Of a stretch of DNA of 64,000 nucleotides, positions 31,385 to 40,436 are shown in pieces. How positions within the stretch are numbered: the first letter of the stretch is position 1; each line of letters begins with the position of its first letter. The stretch is from an uncultured beta proteobacterium (GTDB lineage: Bacteria; Pseudomonadota; Gammaproteobacteria; Burkholderiales; Burkholderiaceae_C). The DNA lies in contig CAWFCX010000050.1 in NCBI GenBank assembly GCA_963814385.1, positions 123,891 through 187,890 on the forward strand, in the 5' to 3' direction. Position numbers and translations under genes: made by a program. The notes below the pieces were generated by a model. It did no database searches, had not been told where the DNA came from, and saw only the letters and a list, made by a program, of their open reading frames with translations.

Positions 31385-33694
31385 ATGACCGCCAAGAGCC
31401 GCGCCACCGCCGCCCTCATCGCATCGCCCGCCTTGCGCGAGGCGCCGGTGCTCGACCGCATGTGCTCGCAGTTCGTGCTCGCGCTGACGCTCAAGAACGC
31501 CGGCCGCTTCAACCTGCGCCGCGACTGGTCGAACCTGTTGGCGCTCACGGGCCGCCACCTCGTCTGGCCGGCGCCGGTATTGAAGCGCGTGCGCGAGTTC
31601 CTCGGCCGGCGTTGCAAGGACAACCTGCAATGGGCCGGCCACGACGCGCTCACCGACGAAGCCTTCGTACAGCGCCATGGCGCCTGGCGCGGCCCGTACG
31701 AAGAGGGCACGCTGTTCTTCTACATCGACGAATACGTCAAGGACGCGCCCAAAGATTTGCTGACGGTTCTCGGCGCGACGGCCGAGTGGCTGGAGCGTTC
31801 ATTGAAGAAGGAATCGACGCTGGTGCAGAAGAACATCGAGGCGCTCGGTGGCCTGCTGCAGTTGAATGCCGCCGAGCGCGCCCTGCTGCTGTATGGAACG
31901 CTCGCTCGGTATCAGCGTGAACTGCGCGGTTTGCTGGTGGAGTTCAAGGTCGGCAGCGCGCAGGAAGCGTATGCGGCCATCGCCAACGTCGCCGGTGTGA
32001 AAGAGCAAGAGGTCGCCGAAGCGCTGCGCGCCGGCTCGCGGCTGGAGCGCACCGGCATGGTCGAGAACCTGATCTCGGAGCACAACATCACCGACCTGGC
32101 CGACCTGATGAAGGTCAGCGAGCAACTGCCGCCGGTGCTGATGCGCGAGTACAAGGCGCCGGCCGAGCTGATGGCCGTGTTCACGCGGCCGGCGGCGAAG
32201 AGTGAATTGACAGCCAACGATTTCGCCTTCGTCGCTGACGACGTGAAGGTGTTGACGACGCTGCTCGCCAACGCGGTGGCGAGCAAGGCCGCGGGTGTCA
32301 ATGTGCTGCTCTATGGTCCGCCCGGCACCGGCAAGACCGAGCTGGCCCGCGTCTGTGCACAGGCTGCGGGCTTGGAGCTGTTCGAAGTGGAGTACGCCGA
32401 CCGTGACGGCAACTCGCTGACCGGCCGCGACCGCTATCGCTCGCTGCAGATCAGCCAGGTGTTCCTGAAGGCGAGCCCCAAGGTGGCATTGCTGTTCGAC
32501 GAAGTCGAAGACGTGTTCCCCCCTGTCTCCGCCGACGCGGCGCAACTGCTGGCGCGCATGGATGCGACGGACGCTGCACCGTCGTCGAGCGTCAGCGGCA
32601 AGGCCTGGGTCAATCAGATCCTCGAAACCAATCCGGTGCCGGTGGTCTGGGTGACCAACCGCATCGAGCAGATCGATCCCGCATTCCGCCGCCGCTTCCA
32701 GTACCACCTCGAGTTGAAGTCGCCGCCGCCGGGTGCGCGCGAGGGGCTCGTTGCGCGCTCGTTGGCTGGTGTGGACGTCAGCGAGGGGTTTTCGCAGCGC
32801 CTGTCGGAGCGGCGCGGGCTGACGCCGGCGCAGATCCGCACGGCGGTGCGCTTTGCGAAGTTGGCAGCCGGAGAGGGCAGCACGGCCGAAGCGATGATCG
32901 AGCGACAGCTCGGCAACGCCGACAAGGCGCTCGGCACCTCGCGCAAACAAGCGGGCGCGCGGCGCGTCGTCACGACCTACGACTTGTCGCTGCTCAACGT
33001 CGAGTCGCGCTTCGAAATGCCCAAGGTCATCGAAGCGCTGCGTCGCCGCGGCCACGGCACGCTGTGTTTTCACGGCGCGCCAGGCACTGGCAAGACGGCG
33101 CTGGCCGAGCACATCGCCAGCGAGTTGCAAAAGCCGTTGATGATCCGCCAGGCGAGCGACCTGGTGAGCAAGTTCGTCGGCGAGACCGAGCAGAACATGG
33201 CCAAGATGTTCGAAGAAGCGCAGAGCGAAAGCGCCGTGCTGCTGCTCGATGAGGCCGACAGCTTCCTGCGCAGCCGCCAGCGCGCCGAGCGCAGCTACGA
33301 AGTGACGGAAGTCAACGAGATGCTGCAGGGCATGGAGCGTTTTGGCGGCCTGTTCATCTGCACCACCAACCTGTTCGACGAGCTGGACGAAGCCGCGCTG
33401 CGCCGCTTCACGTTCAAGGTCAAGTTCCGGCCGCTGCGCGCCGAGCAGCGCGAATCGATGTTCGTGGTTGAAGCCTTGAACGGCGAGGCCGACAAGCTCA
33501 GCGCCGAGCAACGCGAGCGGCTGGCCGCCCTCGATCAGCTCGCACCCGGTGACTTCGCCGCGGTGAAGCGTCAGATCGATGTGCTGGGCACCGGCTTCGA
33601 GCCGGACGAGTTCCTGGCGCAGCTGGAGAGCGAGCACCGTGTCAAGCCCGGCGTGCGCGAGCGACGCGGCATCGGTTTTTCTGCCAGGACCTGA
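31385..33694 (+). CDS. tandem AAA+ ATPase (two AAA modules after a ~290-aa N-terminal region)
   Basis: Walker A GPPGTGKT + Walker B LLFDEVED; second module GAPGTGKT + LLLDEADS. Arg-finger-like DPAFRRRF / DEAALRRF. Confidence 0.85.
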   Translation: MTAKSRATAALIASPALREAPVLDRMCSQFVLALTLKNAGRFNLRRDWSNLLALTGRHLVWPAPVLKRVREFLGRRCKDNLQWAGHDALTDEAFVQRHGAWRGPYEEGTLFFYIDEYVKDAPKDLLTVLGATAEWLERSLKKESTLVQKNIEALGGLLQLNAAERALLLYGTLARYQRELRGLLVEFKVGSAQEAYAAIANVAGVKEQEVAEALRAGSRLERTGMVENLISEHNITDLADLMKVSEQLPPVLMREYKAPAELMAVFTRPAAKSELTANDFAFVADDVKVLTTLLANAVASKAAGVNVLLYGPPGTGKTELARVCAQAAGLELFEVEYADRDGNSLTGRDRYRSLQISQVFLKASPKVALLFDEVEDVFPPVSADAAQLLARMDATDAAPSSSVSGKAWVNQILETNPVPVVWVTNRIEQIDPAFRRRFQYHLELKSPPPGAREGLVARSLAGVDVSEGFSQRLSERRGLTPAQIRTAVRFAKLAAGEGSTAEAMIERQLGNADKALGTSRKQAGARRVVTTYDLSLLNVESRFEMPKVIEALRRRGHGTLCFHGAPGTGKTALAEHIASELQKPLMIRQASDLVSKFVGETEQNMAKMFEEAQSESAVLLLDEADSFLRSRQRAERSYEVTEVNEMLQGMERFGGLFICTTNLFDELDEAALRRFTFKVKFRPLRAEQRESMFVVEALNGEADKLSAEQRERLAALDQLAPGDFAAVKRQIDVLGTGFEPDEFLAQLESEHRVKPGVRERRGIGFSART

Positions 33695-33808
33695 GGCCGG
33701 CTGGGTCACCCCAGTTTGAAGTGCCTGCGGCGGCCGCGCGGTTGATGCAGCGGCGAATTCCTCTGCAACAATCCGCGCCTGCCGTCGTCCGCCTGAGCCT
33801 ATTCCCGC

Positions 33809-35986
33809 ATGCCCCCTGTGAACCCGCCCCTGATGGGGACTGCCGCGCCTGGCGTGGGGGACACGCTCGCCTGGTTCATTCTTGGCTTGGCCGTTGCGGC
33901 GTTGCTCCTGCACACCTTGCGCAAGGTGCGCTCGCAGGATTGGGTCGTGGCGTTGTGCTGGGGCATCGGTGGGGCCATGGTCGTCGGCACCGGTTTGTGG
34001 CTGTTGCAGCTGTTGTCGTGGCGCGTGGCGTTGCCGCAGGCCACGCCCTGGTTCCAGTTCGGCCCGTTTCTGGCCTCGTGGTGTGCGTCCGTTGCCGGCG
34101 CCTCGCTGGCCGTCGTGGCAGGGCGTTGGATTTTGTCGCCACGCGCCGCCAACCCGGTCGTGGGTTTGGCCCTGACGGCAACGATGGCCGCCGTCTTCGT
34201 CTTGCTCGGCTCCTCGCTGGCGCAACCGCCGCGCTGGGAGCTGATCGCCGGCCCGCCCTCAGTGGCGGCGTTGGCGCTCGCCTGCCTGGGCGTTGGCGCC
34301 GCGATGCAGATGATCAACCGCCCAGGCCGGCGAACCACGCACCGCACTGTCGGCCCGCGCCTGCTGGGTCTGGGCGTGTTCGCGCTGGCCTTGGTCGCAG
34401 GGCAACTGCTGGGTCTGCACGCTGCGCCGGTGCCGCTGCTCGCGTCTGCTTCAAGCCTGGACACGATGCCACCCGATGCGGTGGATGCACGCATGGTTGC
34501 GGTGCTGGTCGGGTTTGCGGTGTTCATCGTTGGCATGGGTCTGGTCTGCGCGCTCGTCGATTCGCGCACGGGCCGCCGCGCGCAAGCGCTCGCCGGCTCG
34601 CTGCAATCGGCCAACCGGCGGCTGCGCGAACTGGCGTTCCGTGACGGGCTGTCGGGCTTGCCTAACCGGCTGCACTTCGAGGAGCAGCTCGACGCGACCC
34701 TGGCCCGCGTTGGCCGCCAAGCGTCGGCGATGGCGGTCCTGTTCATCGACCTTGACGGCTTCAAGGCGGTCAACGAATCCTTCGGCCACGCCGCCGGCGA
34801 CGAGGTGCTGCGAGAGGTCGGCCGCCGCCTAGCCGCACAGACGCGCGAGCAAGACAGCGTTGCCCGCATCGGCGGCGACGAGTTTCTGCTCCTCTACGCC
34901 GAGCCCGGCTCGCAGGAGAGCACGGCCGCGCTGGCGCAGCAGACGCTGCACGCGCTGGTGGCGCCGTATCACTTGCCCGGCGGCAGCGATGTGCGCCTGT
35001 CGTGTTCGATCGGCATTGCTGTGTTCCCCGAGCACGGCCCGCTCAGCCGCCTGATCACCAATGCCGACGCGGCGATGTTCGCCGTCAAACGCACGGGCGG
35101 ATCGACCTACGCCTTCTTCGATCCGCGCATGGGCCTCGATGGCAGCGACCAGCTCGAGTTGCAGACCGACTTGCGCATGGCCGTCGAGCGCGGCGAACTG
35201 GCGCTGTTCTACCAGCCCAAGGTGGATGCGCGCAGCCGTGAATGCACCGGCGTCGAAGCGCTGGTGCGCTGGCAGCACCCGACTCGCGGGGCGGTAGGCC
35301 CGACCGAGCTGATCGCGGTGGCCGAGCGCTTTGGCCTGATCGGCGCCATCGGCCAGTGGGTCATCGACGAGGCCTGCCGCCAGATGCGCGCCTGGGACGA
35401 GCAGGGCCTGAGGCTGCGCGTCGCGGTGAACCTGTCGGCGCAGCAGTTGCGCCAGGACGATCTGGTGCAGCGAGTGCGCCAGTCTTTCGAGGCGCATCGC
35501 GTCGATGCCTCGCTGTTCACCTTCGAGATCACCGAGAGCGTGGCGATGGAAGACACGCAGGCGACGATGCGAGCGTTTGCGCAACTCGCGCGCGCCGGTG
35601 TCTCGCTGGCAATCGACGACTTCGGCACCGGTCACTCGAGCTTGGCGTACCTGCGCACGCTGCCGGCGCGGCAGTTGAAGATCGATCGCAGCTTCGTGGC
35701 CGACCTCGGCATCTCGGGCGACGCGATGGCGGTGGTCGATGCGGTGATCCGACTGGCGCATGCCCTGGGCCTGCGCGTGGTGGCCGAAGGTGTCGAGACC
35801 GAGCGCCAGTGCGAGATCCTCGCCACGCTCGGCTGCGACGAATTCCAGGGCTACCTGTTTGCGCGGCCGATGGCCGCCGAGCAACTGGTCATCTGGGTCG
35901 CGGGTGACTTCCGCCGCACCGGTCCGGCGCCGCAAGCGATCGGCGTCGAGGCGGCGTCGGTTGCGGTGCCGCGCATCCTTCAGTAG
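33809..35986 (+). CDS. membrane MHYT-like sensor + GGDEF + EAL protein (diguanylate cyclase/phosphodiesterase)
   Basis: 725 aa. Six to seven N-terminal TM helices. Motifs RIGGDEF, EALVRW, DDFGTGHSSL. Confidence 0.88.
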   Translation: MPPVNPPLMGTAAPGVGDTLAWFILGLAVAALLLHTLRKVRSQDWVVALCWGIGGAMVVGTGLWLLQLLSWRVALPQATPWFQFGPFLASWCASVAGASLAVVAGRWILSPRAANPVVGLALTATMAAVFVLLGSSLAQPPRWELIAGPPSVAALALACLGVGAAMQMINRPGRRTTHRTVGPRLLGLGVFALALVAGQLLGLHAAPVPLLASASSLDTMPPDAVDARMVAVLVGFAVFIVGMGLVCALVDSRTGRRAQALAGSLQSANRRLRELAFRDGLSGLPNRLHFEEQLDATLARVGRQASAMAVLFIDLDGFKAVNESFGHAAGDEVLREVGRRLAAQTREQDSVARIGGDEFLLLYAEPGSQESTAALAQQTLHALVAPYHLPGGSDVRLSCSIGIAVFPEHGPLSRLITNADAAMFAVKRTGGSTYAFFDPRMGLDGSDQLELQTDLRMAVERGELALFYQPKVDARSRECTGVEALVRWQHPTRGAVGPTELIAVAERFGLIGAIGQWVIDEACRQMRAWDEQGLRLRVAVNLSAQQLRQDDLVQRVRQSFEAHRVDASLFTFEITESVAMEDTQATMRAFAQLARAGVSLAIDDFGTGHSSLAYLRTLPARQLKIDRSFVADLGISGDAMAVVDAVIRLAHALGLRVVAEGVETERQCEILATLGCDEFQGYLFARPMAAEQLVIWVAGDFRRTGPAPQAIGVEAASVAVPRILQ

Positions 35987-36282
35987 CTAGGATGTGTTGA
36001 CATTCAGATCGCCCCGCGCCGGGGTGGCCAAGGACGCAAGGCAAGGCGTGCTTCGCCGCCTGGGGTAGGGTCCCAGGCGAGAGGCGCAACGCGGCCTTGC
36101 GCCCTTTTGTACCCCGGCCCCTGGCTCTGAAAGAGCCACTTCTTGGCTCGGGGTGAGGCCCCAGAAAGCGCCCACTCGTCATTGCAAAGCCTCGCTGGGT
36201 CCCGACCCAGCTTCGTTTTGCGCCTAGATTGGGCGCTTTCTGGGGCCTCACGCGGGGCGATCTGAATGTCAACACACCCTAG
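35987..36282. mobile_element. 296-bp MITE-like element with 32-bp terminal inverted repeats (31/32 match)
   Basis: Left end CTAGGATGTGTTGACATTCAGATCGCCCCGCG; reverse complement of the right end CTAGGGTGTGTTGACATTCAGATCGCCCCGCG. Internal perfect 22-nt inverted repeat at 36153-36174 / 36230-36251. No credible ORF inside. Confidence 0.8.
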
Positions 36283-36674
36283 AGCTGCTCCCACGGCAGG
36301 CCGTCGAAGCGCCAGCCGTTCTGTCTGCCACGCTGGAAGTGCTCGTCGAGATCGCCCTCGAAGCCATGCAGCACGTTGACCACCTCGGCAAAGCCGGCCG
36401 CTTCGAGCGCGGTCGCGGCCTCGACGGTGCGCTTGCCCGAGCGGCAAATCAGCACCACTGGGCGCGACGCATCGCCGCCGGCTTCGCGCCGAACCTGGTC
36501 AACGAAGGCTTGTGGGTGGGCCTGCATCTCCGGGTACTCGTACCACGGCACATGCACCACGCCCGGCGGATGGCCGACGTACAGGTACTCGATCTCCATG
36601 CGCACATCGACGAAGAGTGCGTCGTTGTGGGCGCGCAGGTAGTCCCAGGTCTGCAGTGGGGTGAGGTGCTTCAT
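36279..36674 (-). CDS. rhodanese-domain protein
   Basis: 131-aa ORF with active-site loop CRSGKRT. Its TAG stop lies in the terminal CTAG of the MITE. Confidence 0.85.
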   Translation of the reverse strand: MKHLTPLQTWDYLRAHNDALFVDVRMEIEYLYVGHPPGVVHVPWYEYPEMQAHPQAFVDQVRREAGGDASRPVVLICRSGKRTVEAATALEAAGFAEVVNVLHGFEGDLDEHFQRGRQNGWRFDGLPWEQL

Positions 36675-36691
36675 CTGCCTACAATCTTGGC

Positions 36692-37744
36692 ATGAAGTCA
36701 GAGCAGCCCTTTACCCGTGGCGCCGCGTTGCCGGCGCTGCTCGCGCAACGCATCGTCATCATCGACGGCGCGATGGGCACGCTGATCCAGCGCTACAAAC
36801 TCGGCGAAGCCGACTTTCGCGGCGAGCGTTTCAGGGATCACAAGAAAGACGTGAAGGGCAACAACGAGTTGCTGCAACTGATGCGGCCCGATCTGCTGCG
36901 CGAGATTCACGACGCCTACCTCGTGGCCGGCGCCGACATCATCGAGACCAACACTTTTGGTGCGACCTCGATCGCGCAGGAAGACTACGGCCTGGCGCAT
37001 GTCGCGCGCGAGATGAATGTGGCCGCGGCGCGCATCGCCAAGGCCGCGACGCAGGCTGCCAGCACGCCGGACAAACCGCGCTTCGCTGCCGGCGCGCTGG
37101 GGCCGACCCCGCGGACGGCCAGCATCAGCCCCGACGTCAACGACCCCGGGGCGCGCAACGTCAGCTTCGAGCAGTTGCGCGCTTCGTACCGCGAGCAGGC
37201 CGAAGGGCTGCTCGAAGGCGGCTGCGACCTGTTCCTGGTCGAGACGATCTTCGACACGTTGAACGCCAAGGCGGCGATCTTCGCTCTCGATGAGTTGATG
37301 GCCGAGACCGGCGAGCGCCTGCCGGTGATCATCTCCGGCACCGTCACCGACGCGTCGGGGCGCATCCTCTCCGGGCAGACGGTGCCGGCGTTCTGGCACT
37401 CGGTGCGCCATGCGCGCCCTCTGGCGGTGGGCCTGAACTGCGCGCTCGGCGCGGCGCTGATGCGGCCCTACATCGAAGAGCTGGCCAAGGTGGCGGGCGA
37501 CACCTTCGTGTCGTGCTACCCGAACGCCGGGCTGCCGAATCCGATGAGCGAAACCGGCTTCGACGAAACGCCGGAGATGACAGGCGCGCTGCTCGAGGAG
37601 TTTGCCAAGAGCGGTTTCCTGAACATCGCCGGCGGCTGCTGCGGCACGACGCCAGAGCACATCGCGGCGATTGCGCGCAAGGTGTCGGCGTACCGGCCGC
37701 GCGGGTTGCGCGACCCTCTATTCGCCGTGCTCGAAGCCGCCTGA
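36692..37744 (+). CDS. homocysteine S-methyltransferase domain protein (stand-alone N-terminal module of a split MetH)
   Basis: 350 aa. Motifs [22 protein letters not shown] and [11 protein letters not shown] (Zn-binding Cys). No pterin-, B12- or AdoMet-binding domains follow. Confidence 0.85.
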   Translation: MKSEQPFTRGAALPALLAQRIVIIDGAMGTLIQRYKLGEADFRGERFRDHKKDVKGNNELLQLMRPDLLREIHDAYLVAGADIIETNTFGATSIAQEDYGLAHVAREMNVAAARIAKAATQAASTPDKPRFAAGALGPTPRTASISPDVNDPGARNVSFEQLRASYREQAEGLLEGGCDLFLVETIFDTLNAKAAIFALDELMAETGERLPVIISGTVTDASGRILSGQTVPAFWHSVRHARPLAVGLNCALGAALMRPYIEELAKVAGDTFVSCYPNAGLPNPMSETGFDETPEMTGALLEEFAKSGFLNIAGGCCGTTPEHIAAIARKVSAYRPRGLRDPLFAVLEAA

Positions 37745-37757
37745 TCGGCGGACAAGC

Positions 37758-38432
37758 CTACGGTTTCTTTTCGGTCCACCCGGCCGGTTTGACGGGGCTG
37801 CCCTTGGCTGCTGTGGCGCTTTCGTTCTTGTTGCGCGCCATTGGCTGCGAGCTTGCCGCCGGGATCGTCAGGCGCAACTGCACCGGCCCGCCAGCGCGCG
37901 GCGCGCTCTCGGTGAGGGCCACGCGCGTCGCGGCAACGCCTTTGGTGCCGAGCGCATCGCGCATGCGCTGAGCGCGCGATTGCGCCAACGCGGCACTGCC
38001 GTTGGCGTCGGCCGGTGCATTGATGTGGATGCGTGCCGCGTTCTGGCGCAGCAGGCTCTGCGCGACGCGGTCGAGCACGGCGTTCAACGCCGGTTTGATG
38101 TCGGCTTTGCCGGCGTCGAACGAGTTGGCCAGCGGCACATCAAGTTGCAGCGTCACTGGCGGCTGCGCAGCGATGACCACCGGCGTGCCGCGAAACCAGT
38201 CTTCGAGGAAGCGCTGCTCCGTGGCCAGCGCGTTGGCTGGCGGCGTGGCGGGCACGGCAGGCCGTTGTGCTGCATTCGGGTCGGCAGCGGTTCCGCTGGC
38301 GGCCGGCGCGCCGAGCACGCCCGACGGCCGCGACGGCGACGACGGGCTGCTGGCACAGGCGCTCATCAGCAGCACGGTTACGACGCTGAGGGTGGTGCGC
38401 CAGAGCGCGGCGGGGGACGACATCGACATCAT
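37758..38432 (-). CDS. OmpA-C-like lipoprotein (last gene of the exosortase operon)
   Basis: ATG at 38432 (MMSMSSPAALWRTTLSVVTVLLMSAC lipobox). C-terminal OmpA-like pattern FDAGKADIKPALNAVLDRVAQSLL..SRAQRMRDAL. Confidence 0.65.
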   Translation of the reverse strand: MMSMSSPAALWRTTLSVVTVLLMSACASSPSSPSRPSGVLGAPAASGTAADPNAAQRPAVPATPPANALATEQRFLEDWFRGTPVVIAAQPPVTLQLDVPLANSFDAGKADIKPALNAVLDRVAQSLLRQNAARIHINAPADANGSAALAQSRAQRMRDALGTKGVAATRVALTESAPRAGGPVQLRLTIPAASSQPMARNKNESATAAKGSPVKPAGWTEKKP

Positions 38433-38520
38433 GAACGCCAGGGTGGGTTGAGCAACTGCCGCCGACTGTAGGCTGCATCGACGGACCTGCAAAGCGGGCT
38501 CGCGCGCGGGCGTCTGAAAT

Positions 38521-39882
38521 CTAGGGAGAAGGTGCAACCGGGGGTGTCGAGTCAGCGGCTGCTGGCGGTGTTGCCGAAACATCCGGAAGGGTTTGGCGCA
38601 GCTGCACCAGTGCAGGCGGGTGCCAGAACAGCAGCGCCACTTGCGCTCTCTCGCGCCGTCCGGGTGACATCGGCCGCAGCGCCTCGATGACACGCGCCAC
38701 GCGCGCCTGGTCAATTTGTGCAGCGGCGTACTCGGCCTTCAAGTGCGCGTCGGGCGCCGACAGCAGGCTGGCCAGCCAGGCTGCTGCCACCGGGCCGACC
38801 GCGGACGCATCGTGTTGCCCGAGGTGCACGCGCACGGCGCGCTCGGCCCCGCAGACACCGGCGCCCCAAGGCGCGAGGGCGAGGTAGAGCTGCAGGATGC
38901 GTGCCTTGCCGAGCGTGCGCTCCATCTCGACCGCGTACAGCAGCTCGCGCAGCTTGCGCGACGCGCTGCGCTCGTCGCCGGCCACCACCAGCTTGGCCAG
39001 CTGTTGCGTCAGCGTGCTCGCGCCGGCCACCGCCGCGCCGGGTTTCTGGTTGTGCGCCAAGGCATCGGTCAGCGCCTGCAAGTCGTAGCCCGGGTGCTCG
39101 GCAAAGCGCGCGTCTTCGGCGGCGATCACGGCCCGCGGCAGCCAGCCGCCGATCGCCGGCACGCTGCTCTGCGCGTCGACGCGACAAGCCGCGGGGCGCT
39201 GCATGTCGGCCAGACGCTCGGTTTCCAGGCCCGAGACCTCGAGGCCTTCGACCGTGGGCTTGATGCGCCACGGGCCGTTTTGTGTTGGCGCCGACAGCGT
39301 CAACGCGAGTGTGCCCTTGACTTGCACGGCGTCGCGTTCGGGCAGGTCGCTGCCGAGCACGCTTACGACGTTGGCCATCGGTGTCGGCGCCAGCCTGGCT
39401 TCGACCTTGAGCAGGCCGGTGCGGTTGAATTCGCCGCGGCCTTCGAGCGTGATCGTGGGTTGCGCGCCGAGGGTCAGTGTGCCGCGGTAGCGGTCGGCGC
39501 CGTCGTTGTGCAGCACGAGCTCGGCGCGCTCGATGGCGAGCGGTTGCGGCCCGAGCGCGCGCAGGGAGAAGCGGCACGGCTCGCAGCGCGCGGCCACGCT
39601 GCCATCTTGCCGCGCGCTCAGCCACCAGCGACCGTGCACCGTGGTGACGCTGCGGCCATCGACCACGCGCGCGCCCAGCGGGTGCGTGGCCGCCCGCAGC
39701 AGCACGGCCATGCTCACGTCGTGCTCGACGCTGTGGCCAGCGAGCGTGAAGCGCACCGGGTGCGACGACTCCGAGTTGCGCGCCGCGAGCGCGTTCCAGG
39801 CCATGGCCGCCAGCGTGGCCGCGATCGCGACCGACACGGTGAGCAGCACCGCGGCAAAAGCAAACCAGCGACGAAGTTTCAT
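38521..39882 (-). CDS. membrane-anchored protein with an unrecognised N-terminal domain + GT51 (peptidoglycan transglycosylase) domain
   Basis: ATG at 39882 overlaps the upstream stop (ATGA). TM FAFAAVLLTVSVAIAATLAAMAW. GT51 motifs EDARFAEHPGYD, GASTLTQQLAK, RKLRELLYAVEME and KARILQLYL. No transpeptidase domain. Confidence 0.75.
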   Translation of the reverse strand: MKLRRWFAFAAVLLTVSVAIAATLAAMAWNALAARNSESSHPVRFTLAGHSVEHDVSMAVLLRAATHPLGARVVDGRSVTTVHGRWWLSARQDGSVAARCEPCRFSLRALGPQPLAIERAELVLHNDGADRYRGTLTLGAQPTITLEGRGEFNRTGLLKVEARLAPTPMANVVSVLGSDLPERDAVQVKGTLALTLSAPTQNGPWRIKPTVEGLEVSGLETERLADMQRPAACRVDAQSSVPAIGGWLPRAVIAAEDARFAEHPGYDLQALTDALAHNQKPGAAVAGASTLTQQLAKLVVAGDERSASRKLRELLYAVEMERTLGKARILQLYLALAPWGAGVCGAERAVRVHLGQHDASAVGPVAAAWLASLLSAPDAHLKAEYAAAQIDQARVARVIEALRPMSPGRRERAQVALLFWHPPALVQLRQTLPDVSATPPAAADSTPPVAPSP

Positions 39883-40436
39883 AACAAACTCTCCACACGG
39901 GTGATGGCGCGCCAGGGCCCGGCGCTCTTGTCCAGTGAGGCCGCCCAGAACCACGCCGAGGTGTCGGTGAAGGCCTGGCCCTGCGCATCGACGATGCGTT
40001 CGCAGACGCGCACCCGCCGGCTTCCGTCTGCCGATGCGCGCGTGGCTTCGAAGCAGCGCCAGAGCAGCGACTCGGCGTCGCTCTCCAGGCGCGTGGCGTC
40101 GATGCGCCAGCCGATGCCGCGCCAACAATCGGCGGCAGGGTGGAGCATGCGCGTCGGCCGGTTGACGTCGCGCAGCACCAGCTCGCCGCCGTCGGCGACG
40201 GCAAAGCGCGCGATGCGGCCCGGGAACTGCGCCGCAAAGCGGTGCTCGACGGCCGACAGCGCCAGCGGCTGCAGCGGCGCACCGTGCCACTGCGTCGGCC
40301 ATTCTCCATGGGTTGCGGCCGTCGGCGCAGGCTCGGCCTTCGTCAACGCCAACGGCAGCATCGCGCACCACAGCGCGAGCGCGATCAGGGCGAACGGCCA
40401 TTGCTCTGATGCGTGGTGACGCCAAGTCTTCTTCAC
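39879..40436 (-). CDS. EpsI-like exosortase-associated protein
   Basis: GTG at 40436 overlaps the exosortase stop (GTGA). One TM (WPFALIALALWCAMLPLAL). Motif MLHPAADCWRGIGW resembles the EpsI-family H-P-x-x-C..GW signature as I recall it. Confidence 0.55.
   Translation of the reverse strand: MKKTWRHHASEQWPFALIALALWCAMLPLALTKAEPAPTAATHGEWPTQWHGAPLQPLALSAVEHRFAAQFPGRIARFAVADGGELVLRDVNRPTRMLHPAADCWRGIGWRIDATRLESDAESLLWRCFEATRASADGSRRVRVCERIVDAQGQAFTDTSAWFWAASLDKSAGPWRAITRVESLL

Noticed and set aside
31799-34225. 808-aa minus-strand ORF across the AAA+ ATPase and MHYT genes. Similar cases are 40863..43484 (+), 45123..46772 (-), 50774..52336 (-) and 52242..53540 (-).
   Set aside because: All lie opposite genes with clear family motifs and show low-complexity R/A/G/H-rich translations. 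They are GC-driven shadow ORFs.
35889-36447. Three overlapping minus-strand ORFs (128, 62 and 147 aa) spanning the 35987-36282 element
   Set aside because: They run through terminal and internal inverted repeats, have no SD or motif, and are in mutually inconsistent frames. The region is better explained as a non-coding MITE.
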